NCBI GenBank assembly: GCA_035645175.1
Contig: DASQNB010000057.1
Span: forward strand, 1-39,901
Origin: Geodermatophilus sp.
Lineage (GTDB): Bacteria; Actinomycetota; Actinomycetes; Mycobacteriales; Geodermatophilaceae
Direction: 5' to 3'
Length of the DNA: 39,901 nucleotides
In this document: in pieces, positions 16,917 to 26,236 of the stretch
Numbering within the stretch: position 1 is the stretch's first letter
How the letters are laid out: every line of letters starts with the position of its first letter
Notes under the pieces: model-generated
The model's database searches: none
What the model was told of the DNA's origin: nothing
What the model saw: the letters and a program-made list of their open reading frames with translations, nothing else
Program-made: the position numbers and the translations under genes

Positions 16917-17831
16917 TCACCCCCGGGCCGGACGGACCACCGCCACCGGGCACGGCGCGTCGGTGACGGCGTGCAGGCCCACCGAGCCGAGCAGCAGGGC
17001 CGACCAGCCGCTCCGGCCGCGCGACCCGACCACCAGCAGGTCGGCCCCCGCCGCGACCCGGGTGAGGACGTCCCAGTCCACCCCCTCGACGGTCTCCGCG
17101 CGGACCCGCACGCCCGGGGACGCGTGTGGCTCCATCTCCTGCAGGCTCCCCCGCAGGGTGGCGTCGGCCTGCTCGCGCAACGTGGTGACCGGGACCGCCC
17201 ACGGCGGACCGCCGTAGCCGGACACGGTGTCCACGAAGGCGTGCACGACGTGCAGCTCCCCGCCGCGCCGCCGCGCCTCCTCCGCGGCGAACCGCAGGGC
17301 GGCCGCCGAGCCGGCCGATCCGTCGACCCCGACGACGATCCGGCCGGCGGCGTCCGACGACCGCGGGAGGTCCCCAGCCGGCTCCTGGCCGCGGACGACG
17401 ACGACCGGGCCACGCGCGTGCTGGGCGCACTGCTGGCCGACCGAGCCCAGGAGCACACCGCGCAGGCTCCCCCGGCCCCGCGAGCCGACCACCAGGAGCC
17501 CCTCGGCCCCCGCGGTGTCGACCAGCTGCTGGGCCGGGTGCCCGAAGCGCACCTCCGGGTGGACCGGGACGGACTCGCACCCCGTGGCCGCCGCGACCCC
17601 GGCCGCCTCGGCGGCCATCCGGGTCCGCACGTCCTGCTCGAAGTCCGCGGGGCCCGGCCGGCCGGGCCCCGCGTCGTCGACGTGCGGAGGCCGATCCTCC
17701 GGCCGGACGGTGACCAGCCGCACCGCTGCTCCCCGCAGCCGCCCCTCGCGCAGTCCCCAGGCCAGCGCGGTGCGCGCGCCGGCCGAGCCGTCCACCCCCA
17801 CCACGACCTCGCCCAGCGGCGCCTCGTCCAC
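16917..17831 (-). CDS. Tandem-domain universal stress protein
   Basis: Two VVGVDGS...LLVVGSRGR...LLGSVG units. Confidence 0.92.
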   Translation of the reverse strand: MDEAPLGEVVVGVDGSAGARTALAWGLREGRLRGAAVRLVTVRPEDRPPHVDDAGPGRPGPADFEQDVRTRMAAEAAGVAAATGCESVPVHPEVRFGHPAQQLVDTAGAEGLLVVGSRGRGSLRGVLLGSVGQQCAQHARGPVVVVRGQEPAGDLPRSSDAAGRIVVGVDGSAGSAAALRFAAEEARRRGGELHVVHAFVDTVSGYGGPPWAVPVTTLREQADATLRGSLQEMEPHASPGVRVRAETVEGVDWDVLTRVAAGADLLVVGSRGRSGWSALLLGSVGLHAVTDAPCPVAVVRPARG

Positions 17832-17933
17832 GGTGTCCCCCTCCGCACGGGTCCCCCGTCCCTACCCGCGCCGCACGCCCCGATCCCCGGGACGGCGGGG
17901 TTGGGGACGCCGGACGGCGGGCAGGCACGCCTC

Positions 17934-19778
17934 GTGCCGACCCGACCGCTGACCCGCGTCGACGGGTTCCTGCCCATCGAGGACCACGGCCTGATCGGGG
18001 ACGGCGCCACCTGCGCGCTCGTCGCCCGCGACGGCTCGATCCCGTGGCTGTGCCTGCCGGACTTCGACAGCCGCCCCCTGCTCGCCGGGCTGCTGGACGC
18101 CGAGCGCGGCGGCAGCCTCACCGTGACGCCCGTGGACCTGCGCGAGTCCGCCCAGCGCTACCTCGAGGACACCGGCGTGCTGGTCACCGAGCTGCACGGG
18201 CCCGACGGCGTGCTGGAGCTCACCGACTGCCTGACGCTGCGCACCGGCGCGGACCTGGGCGAGCTGGTGCCACCGGGGCGCGGGGAGCTGCTGCGGCTGG
18301 CTCGCGTGGTGAGCGGGTCGGTGGAGGTCGACGTCCGCCTGCGGCCGCTGGATCCGGTCCAGGTCACCCGGGAGGCCGGCGGCTGGCGCCTGCACTGGGC
18401 GGCGCGGGCGGACCTGCCGCTGGCGCTGTGGTGCTCGCACGAGCTCGGCGTCGACCGGGACGGCTCGATCGGCGGCCGGGTGACCCTGCACGCCGGCGAG
18501 CAGCTGACCGTCGCGCTGCACTGGTCGGGCAGCACCCGGATCCTGCACCGCACCGACCCCGACCAGCTCGTCGACCGCACCGTCGCCGCCTGGCGCGGCT
18601 GGGCCGGCCGGCTGGCCTACGAGGGACCGCAGCAGGCGCTGGTCCGCCGCTCGGCGGTGACGCTCAAGCTGCTCGACCACGCCGCCACCGGGGCGATCAT
18701 GGCCGCGGCGACGTCGTCGCTGCCCGAGGCCCTGGGCGGGGAGCGCAACTGGGACTACCGCTACACCTGGGTGCGCGACGCGGCCTTCTCCACCTACGCG
18801 CTGCGCCGGATCGGCATGACCAGCGAGTCGGAGTCCTTCCTCGCCTGGACGCTGGCCAACGCCGAGCGCAACGGCGGGGTCGGCATCATGTACGCCCTCG
18901 ACGGCCGGCCGCCGGGCACCGAGTGGCAGGACCTCACCCTCGCCGGCTACCGCGGCTCCGGCCCGGTCCGCTGGGGCAACGGCGCGGCCGGCCAGCACCA
19001 GCACGACGTCTACGGCGAGCTGCTCGACGTCGCCTGGCAGTGGGTGCGCTCCGGCGGGCAGGTCGACGGGTACCTGTGGGTGCTGCTGTGCCGGCTCACC
19101 GAGCAGGCGGTCGAGCGCTGGGCGACCCCCGACCACGGCATCTGGGAGATCCGCGACACCGGCCGCCCGTTCACCTACTCGGTCGCGCTGTGCTCGGTGG
19201 CCGTCGACCGGGCGCTGCGGATCGCCGAGACCTGCGGGCTGCCGCACCCGCGGGAACGCTGGCGGGCCGAGCTGGACCGGATGCGCACCACGCTGCTGGA
19301 CCGCGCCTGGGACCCCGACCGGCAGACCTTCACCGAGCACCTGGCCGACGCGCAGGGGCACGGGCGCGGCGGCCTGGACGGGTCGCTGCTGGCCCTGCCG
19401 CTGCGCCGCGTCGTCCCCGCCGACGACCCCCGGATGGTCGCCACCACCGAGGCGGTCCGCCGCGAGCTCGACGCCGGGGACGGCCTGCTCTACCGCTACC
19501 TGCACACCGAGTCCCCCGACGGGCTGGCCGGGCAGGAGGGGGCCTTCCTGCTGTGCAGCTTCTGGCTGGTCGACAACCTCACCGGGCAGGGCCGCCTGGA
19601 CGAGGCGCACGCCCTCTACGACTCGCTGTGCGGGCGGGCCACCGAGCTCGGGCTGCTCGCCGAGGAGGTCGATCCGGGGACCGGCGCGTTCCTCGGCAAC
19701 TTCCCGCAGGCCTTCAGCCACGTCGGGGTCGTCTCCAGCGGCTGGGCGCTGGCACGGGCGCAGGAGGGACGGCGATGA
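17934..19778 (+). CDS. Glycoside hydrolase family 15 (trehalase/glucoamylase-like)
   Basis: PIEDHGLIGDG, TSSLPE...RNWDYRYTWVRDA, GIWEIR, LGLLAEE, GNFPQAFSH. GTG start at 17934 is inferred. Confidence 0.92.
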   Translation: MPTRPLTRVDGFLPIEDHGLIGDGATCALVARDGSIPWLCLPDFDSRPLLAGLLDAERGGSLTVTPVDLRESAQRYLEDTGVLVTELHGPDGVLELTDCLTLRTGADLGELVPPGRGELLRLARVVSGSVEVDVRLRPLDPVQVTREAGGWRLHWAARADLPLALWCSHELGVDRDGSIGGRVTLHAGEQLTVALHWSGSTRILHRTDPDQLVDRTVAAWRGWAGRLAYEGPQQALVRRSAVTLKLLDHAATGAIMAAATSSLPEALGGERNWDYRYTWVRDAAFSTYALRRIGMTSESESFLAWTLANAERNGGVGIMYALDGRPPGTEWQDLTLAGYRGSGPVRWGNGAAGQHQHDVYGELLDVAWQWVRSGGQVDGYLWVLLCRLTEQAVERWATPDHGIWEIRDTGRPFTYSVALCSVAVDRALRIAETCGLPHPRERWRAELDRMRTTLLDRAWDPDRQTFTEHLADAQGHGRGGLDGSLLALPLRRVVPADDPRMVATTEAVRRELDAGDGLLYRYLHTESPDGLAGQEGAFLLCSFWLVDNLTGQGRLDEAHALYDSLCGRATELGLLAEEVDPGTGAFLGNFPQAFSHVGVVSSGWALARAQEGRR

Positions 19779-21133
19779 GGCGCTCGCTGGTGGTGCTGGG
19801 CGGCTCCGGTGACCTCACCGGCCGCTACCTGCTGCCCTCGCTGGCCCACCTGGTCGGCATCGGCGCGCTCGGTGCCGACGTCGAGGTCCGCGCGGTCAGC
19901 CGCGAGCCGTGGGACGACGAGGACTACCGCGCCTGGGCCCGCGAGCGGCTGGCCGAGTTCGCCCCCGAGGTCGACGAGGGTGATCGCGACCGGCTGGTCG
20001 CCCGGCTGGGGCACACCCACGGCGACGTCACCGCCGCCGACCAGCTGCGCGGAGCGCTCGACCGGGTCACCGGCGTGCCGATCGTCTACCTGGCGCTGCC
20101 CAACACCGTCTTCCACCCGACCCTGGAGGCCCTGGTGGAGGTCGGGCTGCCCGCGGGCGCGCAGGTCGTCGTGGAGAAGCCGTTCGGCCGGGACGGCGCC
20201 GACGCCCGGGCGCTCAACGAGGTGCTGCACCGGCTGGTCCCCGAACAGTCGGTGTTCCGCATCGACCACTTCCTCGCCATGCAGACCGCGCTGAACCTGC
20301 TCGGGCTGCGCTTCGCCAACCGCCTGTTCGAGCCGGTCTGGAACTCCGCCCACGTCGACCGGGTGGAGATCGTCTTCGACGAGGTGCTCGGCCTGGAGGG
20401 ACGGGCCGGCTACTACGACACCGCCGGCGCGCTGCGCGACATGCTGCAGAACCACCTGCTCCAGCTGCTCGCGCTGGTGGCGATGGAGCCGCCGCACGCC
20501 CTCGACGACACCACGCTCCCGGCTCGCAAGGCCGACGTCCTGCGCGCGGTCCGGCCACCTGCCGACATGGCCCGCGACACGGTGCGGGCCCGGTACGCCG
20601 CGGGGACCGTCGACGGACGGGAGCTGCCCGACTACACGGCCGAGGACGGCGTGGACCCCTCCCGGGACACCGAGACGTACGCCGAGTTCACCGTGACGGT
20701 GGACAACTGGCGCTGGGCCGGCGTGCCCTTCCGGCTGCGCACCGGCAAGGCCCTGGGCAGCGACCGCCGGGAGATCGCCGTCCACTTCAAGCCGGTCCCC
20801 CACCTGCCCTTCGGTGGGACGCAGCCGGAGCCCGGCGTGCTGCGGATGCGCCTGGAGCCCGACGGCATCGCCCTGGAGCTCAACCTCAACGGCGCCGGCG
20901 ACCCGTTCGACCTGGAGCGGCACGTGCTGGAGACCGACCTCCCCCGGCAGGAGCTGCCGGCCTACGGGATCCTGTTCCGCGAGCTGCTGGCGGGGGACAC
21001 CACGCTGTCGATCAGCGACGTCGAGGCCGAGGAGAGCTGGCGCATCGTCGAGCCGGTGCTGACCGCCTGGGCCGCCGGGGAGGTGCCGCTGCTGGAGTAC
21101 CCGGCGGGATCGGACGGTCCGGTGCGTCCCTGA
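19775..21133 (+). CDS. zwf: Glucose-6-phosphate dehydrogenase-family protein (variant motif)
   Basis: GGSGDLT, EKPFG, RIDHFLAM, DMLQNHLLQ, RWAGVPFRLRTGK. ATGA overlap with GH15. Confidence 0.9.
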   Translation: MRRSLVVLGGSGDLTGRYLLPSLAHLVGIGALGADVEVRAVSREPWDDEDYRAWARERLAEFAPEVDEGDRDRLVARLGHTHGDVTAADQLRGALDRVTGVPIVYLALPNTVFHPTLEALVEVGLPAGAQVVVEKPFGRDGADARALNEVLHRLVPEQSVFRIDHFLAMQTALNLLGLRFANRLFEPVWNSAHVDRVEIVFDEVLGLEGRAGYYDTAGALRDMLQNHLLQLLALVAMEPPHALDDTTLPARKADVLRAVRPPADMARDTVRARYAAGTVDGRELPDYTAEDGVDPSRDTETYAEFTVTVDNWRWAGVPFRLRTGKALGSDRREIAVHFKPVPHLPFGGTQPEPGVLRMRLEPDGIALELNLNGAGDPFDLERHVLETDLPRQELPAYGILFRELLAGDTTLSISDVEAEESWRIVEPVLTAWAAGEVPLLEYPAGSDGPVRP

Positions 21134-21149
21134 CCGTCGCCCCGTTTCA

Positions 21150-21208
21150 GTGGCCCTCCTGCAGGGTCCCGCCGCGAGCCTGCGAGCGGTGGGGGGCAGG
21201 AGGGTCCT
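21150..21208 (-). repeat. REP-like palindromic intergenic element, short form
   Basis: Minus strand AGGACCCTCCTGCCCCCCACCGCTCGCAGGCTCGCGGCGGGACCCTGCAGGAGGGCCAC. CCCTCCTGC/GCAGGAGGG form an inverted repeat. Lies between convergent genes. Confidence 0.7.
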
Positions 21209-21211
21209 TCT

Positions 21212-22927
21212 TCAGAACGCCCGGCGCAGGCGCATCCGCCAGGGACGGCCGTCCGGGTCGTACGCCAGGTCGTAGACCGGGGTGGTCAGCCACCGACGCA
21301 CCGTCCCGCCACCCGTGCGCCAGGGATGCCTGCGCAGCCGACCCCGCGGGCGGGGCCCGACGCACCCGGCGGCGTGCCAGGCGTCGAGCTCCTCTGCGGT
21401 CCGCCCCATCACGTCCGCGGCGCTGTCCGGGTCGAGCAGGTCGGCGTCGTCCCCGTCGGCGCGGTCCAGGTGCTCGCGCATCAGGGTCAGCCGCAGTGAG
21501 CGGGCGAAGGTCCGGGCGCCGTCCCCCAGCCCGCCGGGGTCGACCGGCCGGCGCTCGTCCCGCTGCTCGTCGAGCACGGCGGCGGTCAGCTCGGAGTCGT
21601 GTGTCCACGAGCGGCGGTTGAGGTTCGCGCTGCCGACCGCTGCCCACACGTCGTCGACGACGCACACCTTGGCGTGCACGTACACCGGACGCCCGGCGGT
21701 GTTCTCCAGGTCGAACAGCTGCACCCGGTCCCCACCGGCCTCGGCCACCGTCCGCCACGCCGTGTTCTGTCCGAGGAGCGAGGCCAACGCGTCGAAGCGC
21801 CCCTCCCGGTCGATGTGGCGGGGAGCCACGGCGATCAGCCGCAGCTCCGGGGAGCGGCGCAGCGCGTCGGCGAAGATCCGTGCGACGTCCCGGGACCACA
21901 GGTACTGGTCCTCCACGTAGACCAGACGACGGGCCCGGGCCAGCGCCTTCGCGTACCCACGGGCCACGCTCCGCTCCCCGTCCGGGGCGAACGGGTACGC
22001 CGGACGCCGTCGCGGGAGGGTCCGCAGCAGCTGGACGGTGCACGGGCCCGCCGCACCCGGCGCCGGGGCCGGCTCCGGCAGTGGACGCGCGACCGGGGCC
22101 AGACCGCTCAACCGGTCGGGGACGGTGTGCCAGGGCCACCGGACCAGCGGAGCCGGATCGGCCCACCGCTGCCGGAACACCGTCTCCACGTCCCGCACGG
22201 CCGGCCCGGACAGCCGCAGCTGGACGTCGTGCCAGGCCGGCGTGGGGCCGTACACCGGCGCGAAGGGCCGCGTCTGCCGGTCCCCGGGGTGGCTCCCGCC
22301 GTCCCGCCGGGAACGCGCGGTGTCGATCCCTCCGACGAAGGCCACGTCACCATCGAGATCACCATCGGGGTCACCGTCCGGACCCCCCGGGCGGGTGCGG
22401 ACGACGAACTTCTGGTGGTGGCTCCCGAGCGGGCGCACCCGGTGGTCGAGCAGGACCTGACCGCCGGCCGCGGTCACCGCGCGGGCGAGGTCCCGGCCGG
22501 CCCGGTAGGTGTAGCCGAGCACCTCGGAGTGCGACCGCCACAGCAACCCGCGCACCTGGGCCCCGCGGGCTGCCGCGCCCACCAGCGCGGCGACCACCGG
22601 TGGCCCTCCGTCGTCGAGCAGTTCGTCGGGATCGGCGCGCCAGCCCGCGAACAGCACCGCGTCCCCCTCGCCTGTGCCGGCCAGCGCGGCGGCCAACGCG
22701 GGCAGGTAGGAGCGGCCGTCGACCAGGGCGCACACGTCGTTGCCCTCGCGCCACGCCGGGAGGCCCGAGGCGTCGTTCCCGCGCTCCTCGGCCGAGAGCA
22801 GCCACGGGTGCCGGACGTGGTCGAAGGCCCGGGCCCACCGCGGCCTCCGACGTGGCAGCACCCCGCCGAGCAGGCCAGGGGGAACCGCGGCGGACGTGGC
22901 GGACCCGTCCGGCTGCTGGTCACCCAT
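21212..22927 (-). CDS. Phospholipase D-superfamily protein
   Basis: SHHQKFVV...AFVGGID, WHDVQ, YVEDQY, YVHAKVCVVDD...GSANLN. Confidence 0.9.
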   Translation of the reverse strand: MGDQQPDGSATSAAVPPGLLGGVLPRRRPRWARAFDHVRHPWLLSAEERGNDASGLPAWREGNDVCALVDGRSYLPALAAALAGTGEGDAVLFAGWRADPDELLDDGGPPVVAALVGAAARGAQVRGLLWRSHSEVLGYTYRAGRDLARAVTAAGGQVLLDHRVRPLGSHHQKFVVRTRPGGPDGDPDGDLDGDVAFVGGIDTARSRRDGGSHPGDRQTRPFAPVYGPTPAWHDVQLRLSGPAVRDVETVFRQRWADPAPLVRWPWHTVPDRLSGLAPVARPLPEPAPAPGAAGPCTVQLLRTLPRRRPAYPFAPDGERSVARGYAKALARARRLVYVEDQYLWSRDVARIFADALRRSPELRLIAVAPRHIDREGRFDALASLLGQNTAWRTVAEAGGDRVQLFDLENTAGRPVYVHAKVCVVDDVWAAVGSANLNRRSWTHDSELTAAVLDEQRDERRPVDPGGLGDGARTFARSLRLTLMREHLDRADGDDADLLDPDSAADVMGRTAEELDAWHAAGCVGPRPRGRLRRHPWRTGGGTVRRWLTTPVYDLAYDPDGRPWRMRLRRAF

Positions 22928-23062
22928 GGCCCTCCCCCGCTCCCCGGTCGAGGAGACCCTGCCTCCCTCGGGTGTGCAACCGGGCGGGCAGGACGGCACG
23001 GCCGTCGCCGTCCGCAGGACTCCGCTCGCGACCCCGGGCCGGCCCCGCACGGGGCGGCCGGC

Positions 23063-24226
23063 TCAAGCGGACGCCGACGGGACGACCCGCACCCCTCGCA
23101 GATCGACGAGGCGGGTGAGCACCGGGCCGGCGACGGCGAGGACGAGCACGTACCCGGTGGCCAGCGGCCCCAGCTCCGGGATGCCGGCCGCGACCGCCAG
23201 GCCGGCGATGACGATCGAGAACTCGCCGCGGGCCACCAGCGCCGTCCCGGCGCGCAACCGGCCTGGCCGGGCGACCCCGTCGCGGCGGGCGGCGAACCAG
23301 CCGGTGGCGACCTTGGTGCCGGTGGTGACCAGGGCCAGCAGCAGGACGGCGGGCAGCACCGGCACCAGCTCGCCGGGGTCGGTGGACAGCCCGAAGGCGA
23401 CGAAGAAGGTCGCCGCGAACAGGTCCCGCAACGGACCCAGCACCGAGCGTGCCCGCTCGGCGAACGTCGTCGGCAGCGCCAGCCCGACGAGGAAGGCACC
23501 CACCGCCGCGGACGCCCCCACCGACTGGGCGAGCCCCGCCACCAGCAGGGTGAGGCCGACCAGGCGCAGGAGCAGCTGCTCGTCGTCGGCCGAGGTCAGC
23601 AGCCGGCCGAGCCGGTGGCCCTGCCGCTGGGCGGCCAGCAGCGCCAGCGCCACCGCACCCACCGCGAGGGCGGCACCGGCGGCGGCCGTCAGGGGTCCCC
23701 CGCCGGCGAGCGCGACGACGAGCAGTGGGAGGAACAGCGCCATCGCCAGGTCCTCCAGCACCAGCACGGACAGCACCGCCGGGGTCTCCCGGTTGGCCAG
23801 CCGGCCCAGGTCGCCGAGCAGGCGGGCGACGATGCCCGAGGACGAGATCCAGGTGACCCCGGCCAGCGCGAGCGCACCCTGCCAGGGCAGCCCCAGCAGC
23901 AGGCCGGCCGCGAAGCCCGGCGGGGCGTTGAGCAGCAGGTCCACCAGACCGGAGGGGCCGTGGTGACGCAGCGAGGCGAACAGCTCCTCGGCGGAGAACT
24001 CCAGCCCGAGGGCGAGCAGCAGGAGCACGACGCCGATCTCCGCAGCCGCCTCGATGAACGGCTCCGAGGTCGCCAGCGGGACGACCCCGCCCTCGCCCAC
24101 GGCGAGGGCCGCGACCAGCACGAACGGCACCGAGGACAGCCCGAGGCGGCGGGCCAGCAGGCCGAGCAGGGACAGACCGGAGAAGAGCAGGCCGAGCTCG
24201 AGCAGCAGCGGGGCGACGTGGTCCAC
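23063..24226 (-). CDS. CPA2 cation:proton antiporter (KhtU-like)
   Basis: Multi-TM protein with LGLEFS, ISSSGI, LVLEDL, PLRDLF, RGEFS. Confidence 0.9.
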   Translation of the reverse strand: MDHVAPLLLELGLLFSGLSLLGLLARRLGLSSVPFVLVAALAVGEGGVVPLATSEPFIEAAAEIGVVLLLLALGLEFSAEELFASLRHHGPSGLVDLLLNAPPGFAAGLLLGLPWQGALALAGVTWISSSGIVARLLGDLGRLANRETPAVLSVLVLEDLAMALFLPLLVVALAGGGPLTAAAGAALAVGAVALALLAAQRQGHRLGRLLTSADDEQLLLRLVGLTLLVAGLAQSVGASAAVGAFLVGLALPTTFAERARSVLGPLRDLFAATFFVAFGLSTDPGELVPVLPAVLLLALVTTGTKVATGWFAARRDGVARPGRLRAGTALVARGEFSIVIAGLAVAAGIPELGPLATGYVLVLAVAGPVLTRLVDLRGVRVVPSASA

Positions 24227-24236
24227 CGTCGGCGTC

Positions 24237-24722
24237 CTACGCCGGCTCGTCCAGGCGCCGCTCCAGCTCCTGCAGCCCGCCGGCCGAGCCGATGGCGACG
24301 AGGACGTCCCCGGGGTGCAGCGTGTCGCCCGGCCCCGGGGACGGCACGACGTCGGTACCCCGCACGATCGCCACGACCGAGCAGCCGGTCAGCGTGCGTG
24401 CCCGCGTGTCCCCCAGCGGCCGACCGGCGAAGCGGGAACCCTCGCGGATCGGGAACCGCCCCGACTCCAGTCCGGGGACCTCGCGGGAGAGGTCGGCGAA
24501 GCGCTGGGTCAGCCGCGGGGCGCCGAGCACCTCCGCGACGGCGTCGACCTCTTCGGGCTCCAGCCGCAGCACGCTGCGCGCCCGGTCGGGGTCACGCCGG
24601 TCGTACAAGGAGACCTCGGCCGCCCCCTCCCGCCGGACGACGATGCCGAGCACCTCCCCGGCCCGCGTCCGCAGCCGGTAGCGGACGCCGACACCGGGCA
24701 GGAGGGTCTGCTCGAGGTCCAT
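24237..24722 (-). CDS. Antiporter regulatory subunit with TrkA-C/RCK_C domain (KhtT-like)
   Basis: MDLEQTLLPGVGVRY, RTLTGCSVVAIVRG...PSPGP...GDVLVAIG. Directly upstream of the CPA2 gene. Confidence 0.88.
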   Translation of the reverse strand: MDLEQTLLPGVGVRYRLRTRAGEVLGIVVRREGAAEVSLYDRRDPDRARSVLRLEPEEVDAVAEVLGAPRLTQRFADLSREVPGLESGRFPIREGSRFAGRPLGDTRARTLTGCSVVAIVRGTDVVPSPGPGDTLHPGDVLVAIGSAGGLQELERRLDEPA

Positions 24723-24752
24723 GGCCGCATGGTGGCAGAGCCGCGCCGGCCC

Positions 24753-24783
24753 ACGGCGGACGGCGGACGGCGGACGACGGACG
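24753..24783. repeat. Heptamer tandem repeat (ACGGCGG)x3 + ACGACGG + ACG
   Basis: Visible directly in the intergenic sequence upstream of the khtT-like gene. Confidence 0.7.
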
Positions 24784-24813
24784 TCCACCGTGGGCCCGGG
24801 ATCGGCGGCCTGC

Positions 24814-25338
24814 TCAGGCCTCGCTGCGCCCTGCGGCCCCGTGCGCCGCCGTCCCGGTGCGGACGACGGTGACCGGGCAGGGCGCGTGCCGCACGCACTG
24901 GTCGCTCACCGAGCCGAGCACCAGCCCGGCGAAGCCGCCCCGGCCCCGGGCGCCGACCACCAGCAGGTCGGCCCCGGCCGCTGACTCGATCAGCCTGCGG
25001 GCCGGGTTCCCGTGCGCGACGTGACAGGTGACCGACAGCTCCGGGTCCAGACCCGCCGTCGCCACGTGTGCCTCGAGCTCGTCGCGCACCGCCTTCTCGA
25101 AGTCCTCCAGCGGAGGGACGTAACCGGGCTCCAGGGTGGCCGGCTGCGGCGCAGTGGTGATCTTCCAGGCGCGCAGCACGTGCAGGGGGTACCCGGCCCG
25201 GGAGGCCAGGCCCGCCGCCCACTGCAGCGCCTCCTGCCCGCACTCCGACCCGTCGTGCCCGACCAGCACGCCACTCGTGACGTGCGCCACCCGCGCCACG
25301 CCCTCGTCGTCCGCCTCCAGGTCCATGAGCTCCGTCAT
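24814..25338 (-). CDS. Universal stress protein (single domain)
   Basis: VLVGHDGS and ADLLVVGARGRGGF...LGSVSDQCVRHAPCPV. Confidence 0.92.
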   Translation of the reverse strand: MTELMDLEADDEGVARVAHVTSGVLVGHDGSECGQEALQWAAGLASRAGYPLHVLRAWKITTAPQPATLEPGYVPPLEDFEKAVRDELEAHVATAGLDPELSVTCHVAHGNPARRLIESAAGADLLVVGARGRGGFAGLVLGSVSDQCVRHAPCPVTVVRTGTAAHGAAGRSEA

Positions 25339-25456
25339 GGGGGCAGCCTAGGCGGCGGACACCCCGCTCCAGGCCCTCGGAGCACGGCTGGCCGGCTGCG
25401 CGAACCGGGGCCCGGCACGCCGGTCGTCGTCGGCACGCTGGTCGCAGGGACCCGGG

Positions 25457-26236
25457 TCAGGCCGGGGGCACGCCCCACCGGAGGGACCGCGTGTCCACCC
25501 GGACCTCGGCGTAGCGGTACTCCCCGTCGGGCAGGTGCCAGACCGCGGTGCCGCCCGCCGGGATCTCGCGCCCGTCCACCGTCGTCCAGCCGGCGACCGG
25601 CGTGCTCCAGCGCGCCCGGACCACGCCCTGCGGCAGGGCCGCGTACCTGTCCTCGGTGCTGACGTCGGTCAGCCGTCCCGCCGCGTCGACGGAGAGCCGG
25701 GTGGTGACCGTGGTGCCCGAGTCGGTGAACGCCAGCTGCACGCACCCGTCGTCCACCGGCGTCCACCTGGCCGCGGGGACCAGGAGCATCGACGGTGCGG
25801 TCATGGCCGCGTCGTCCACCCAGGTGGCGAGCTCGCCCACGTCGAACTCGGGCCCGGACCCGTCGGCCACCGGCACCAGGCCGAGGAGGCGGCCACGCAT
25901 CCGGCCGCGGCCGGCGACGTAGCTGTCCACGGCGTACACCGGCAGCACCCCGGCCATGTCGACCCGCATGCAGTAGACCCGGGCGACCGCCGGGCCGGAG
26001 TCGTACTGCCAGGCCTCGAACGGCATCCACCCTCGTCCGGGGCGCAGCCGGAAGCGTCCCGTCGTCCGCACCCGGAACGACCAGTCGCGCGGCCGGCCCA
26101 CCACACCGGAACGGCGCATCCAGCGCTGCGCCGGCTCGGGCAGTGGCGCGAGGTCGGCCTCGGTCACCGGGCGCGGGTCGGTGGGGCCCGGGGGCAGGCC
26201 GAGCCCGGCGAGCCGGGCGGTGAGCCGCCGGGACAT
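25457..26236 (-). CDS. DUF6544/DUF6920-like protein
   Basis: VTEADLAPLPEPAQRWMRRSGVVGRP, WMPFEAWQY, WSTPVAGW (family recognised from memory). Confidence 0.65.
   Translation of the reverse strand: MSRRLTARLAGLGLPPGPTDPRPVTEADLAPLPEPAQRWMRRSGVVGRPRDWSFRVRTTGRFRLRPGRGWMPFEAWQYDSGPAVARVYCMRVDMAGVLPVYAVDSYVAGRGRMRGRLLGLVPVADGSGPEFDVGELATWVDDAAMTAPSMLLVPAARWTPVDDGCVQLAFTDSGTTVTTRLSVDAAGRLTDVSTEDRYAALPQGVVRARWSTPVAGWTTVDGREIPAGGTAVWHLPDGEYRYAEVRVDTRSLRWGVPPA

Noticed and set aside
21212-22927. PLD protein as an anti-phage nuclease
   Set aside because: It has a two-HKD lipid-PLD architecture with WHD and EDQY motifs, and no helicase, methylase or other defence neighbours.
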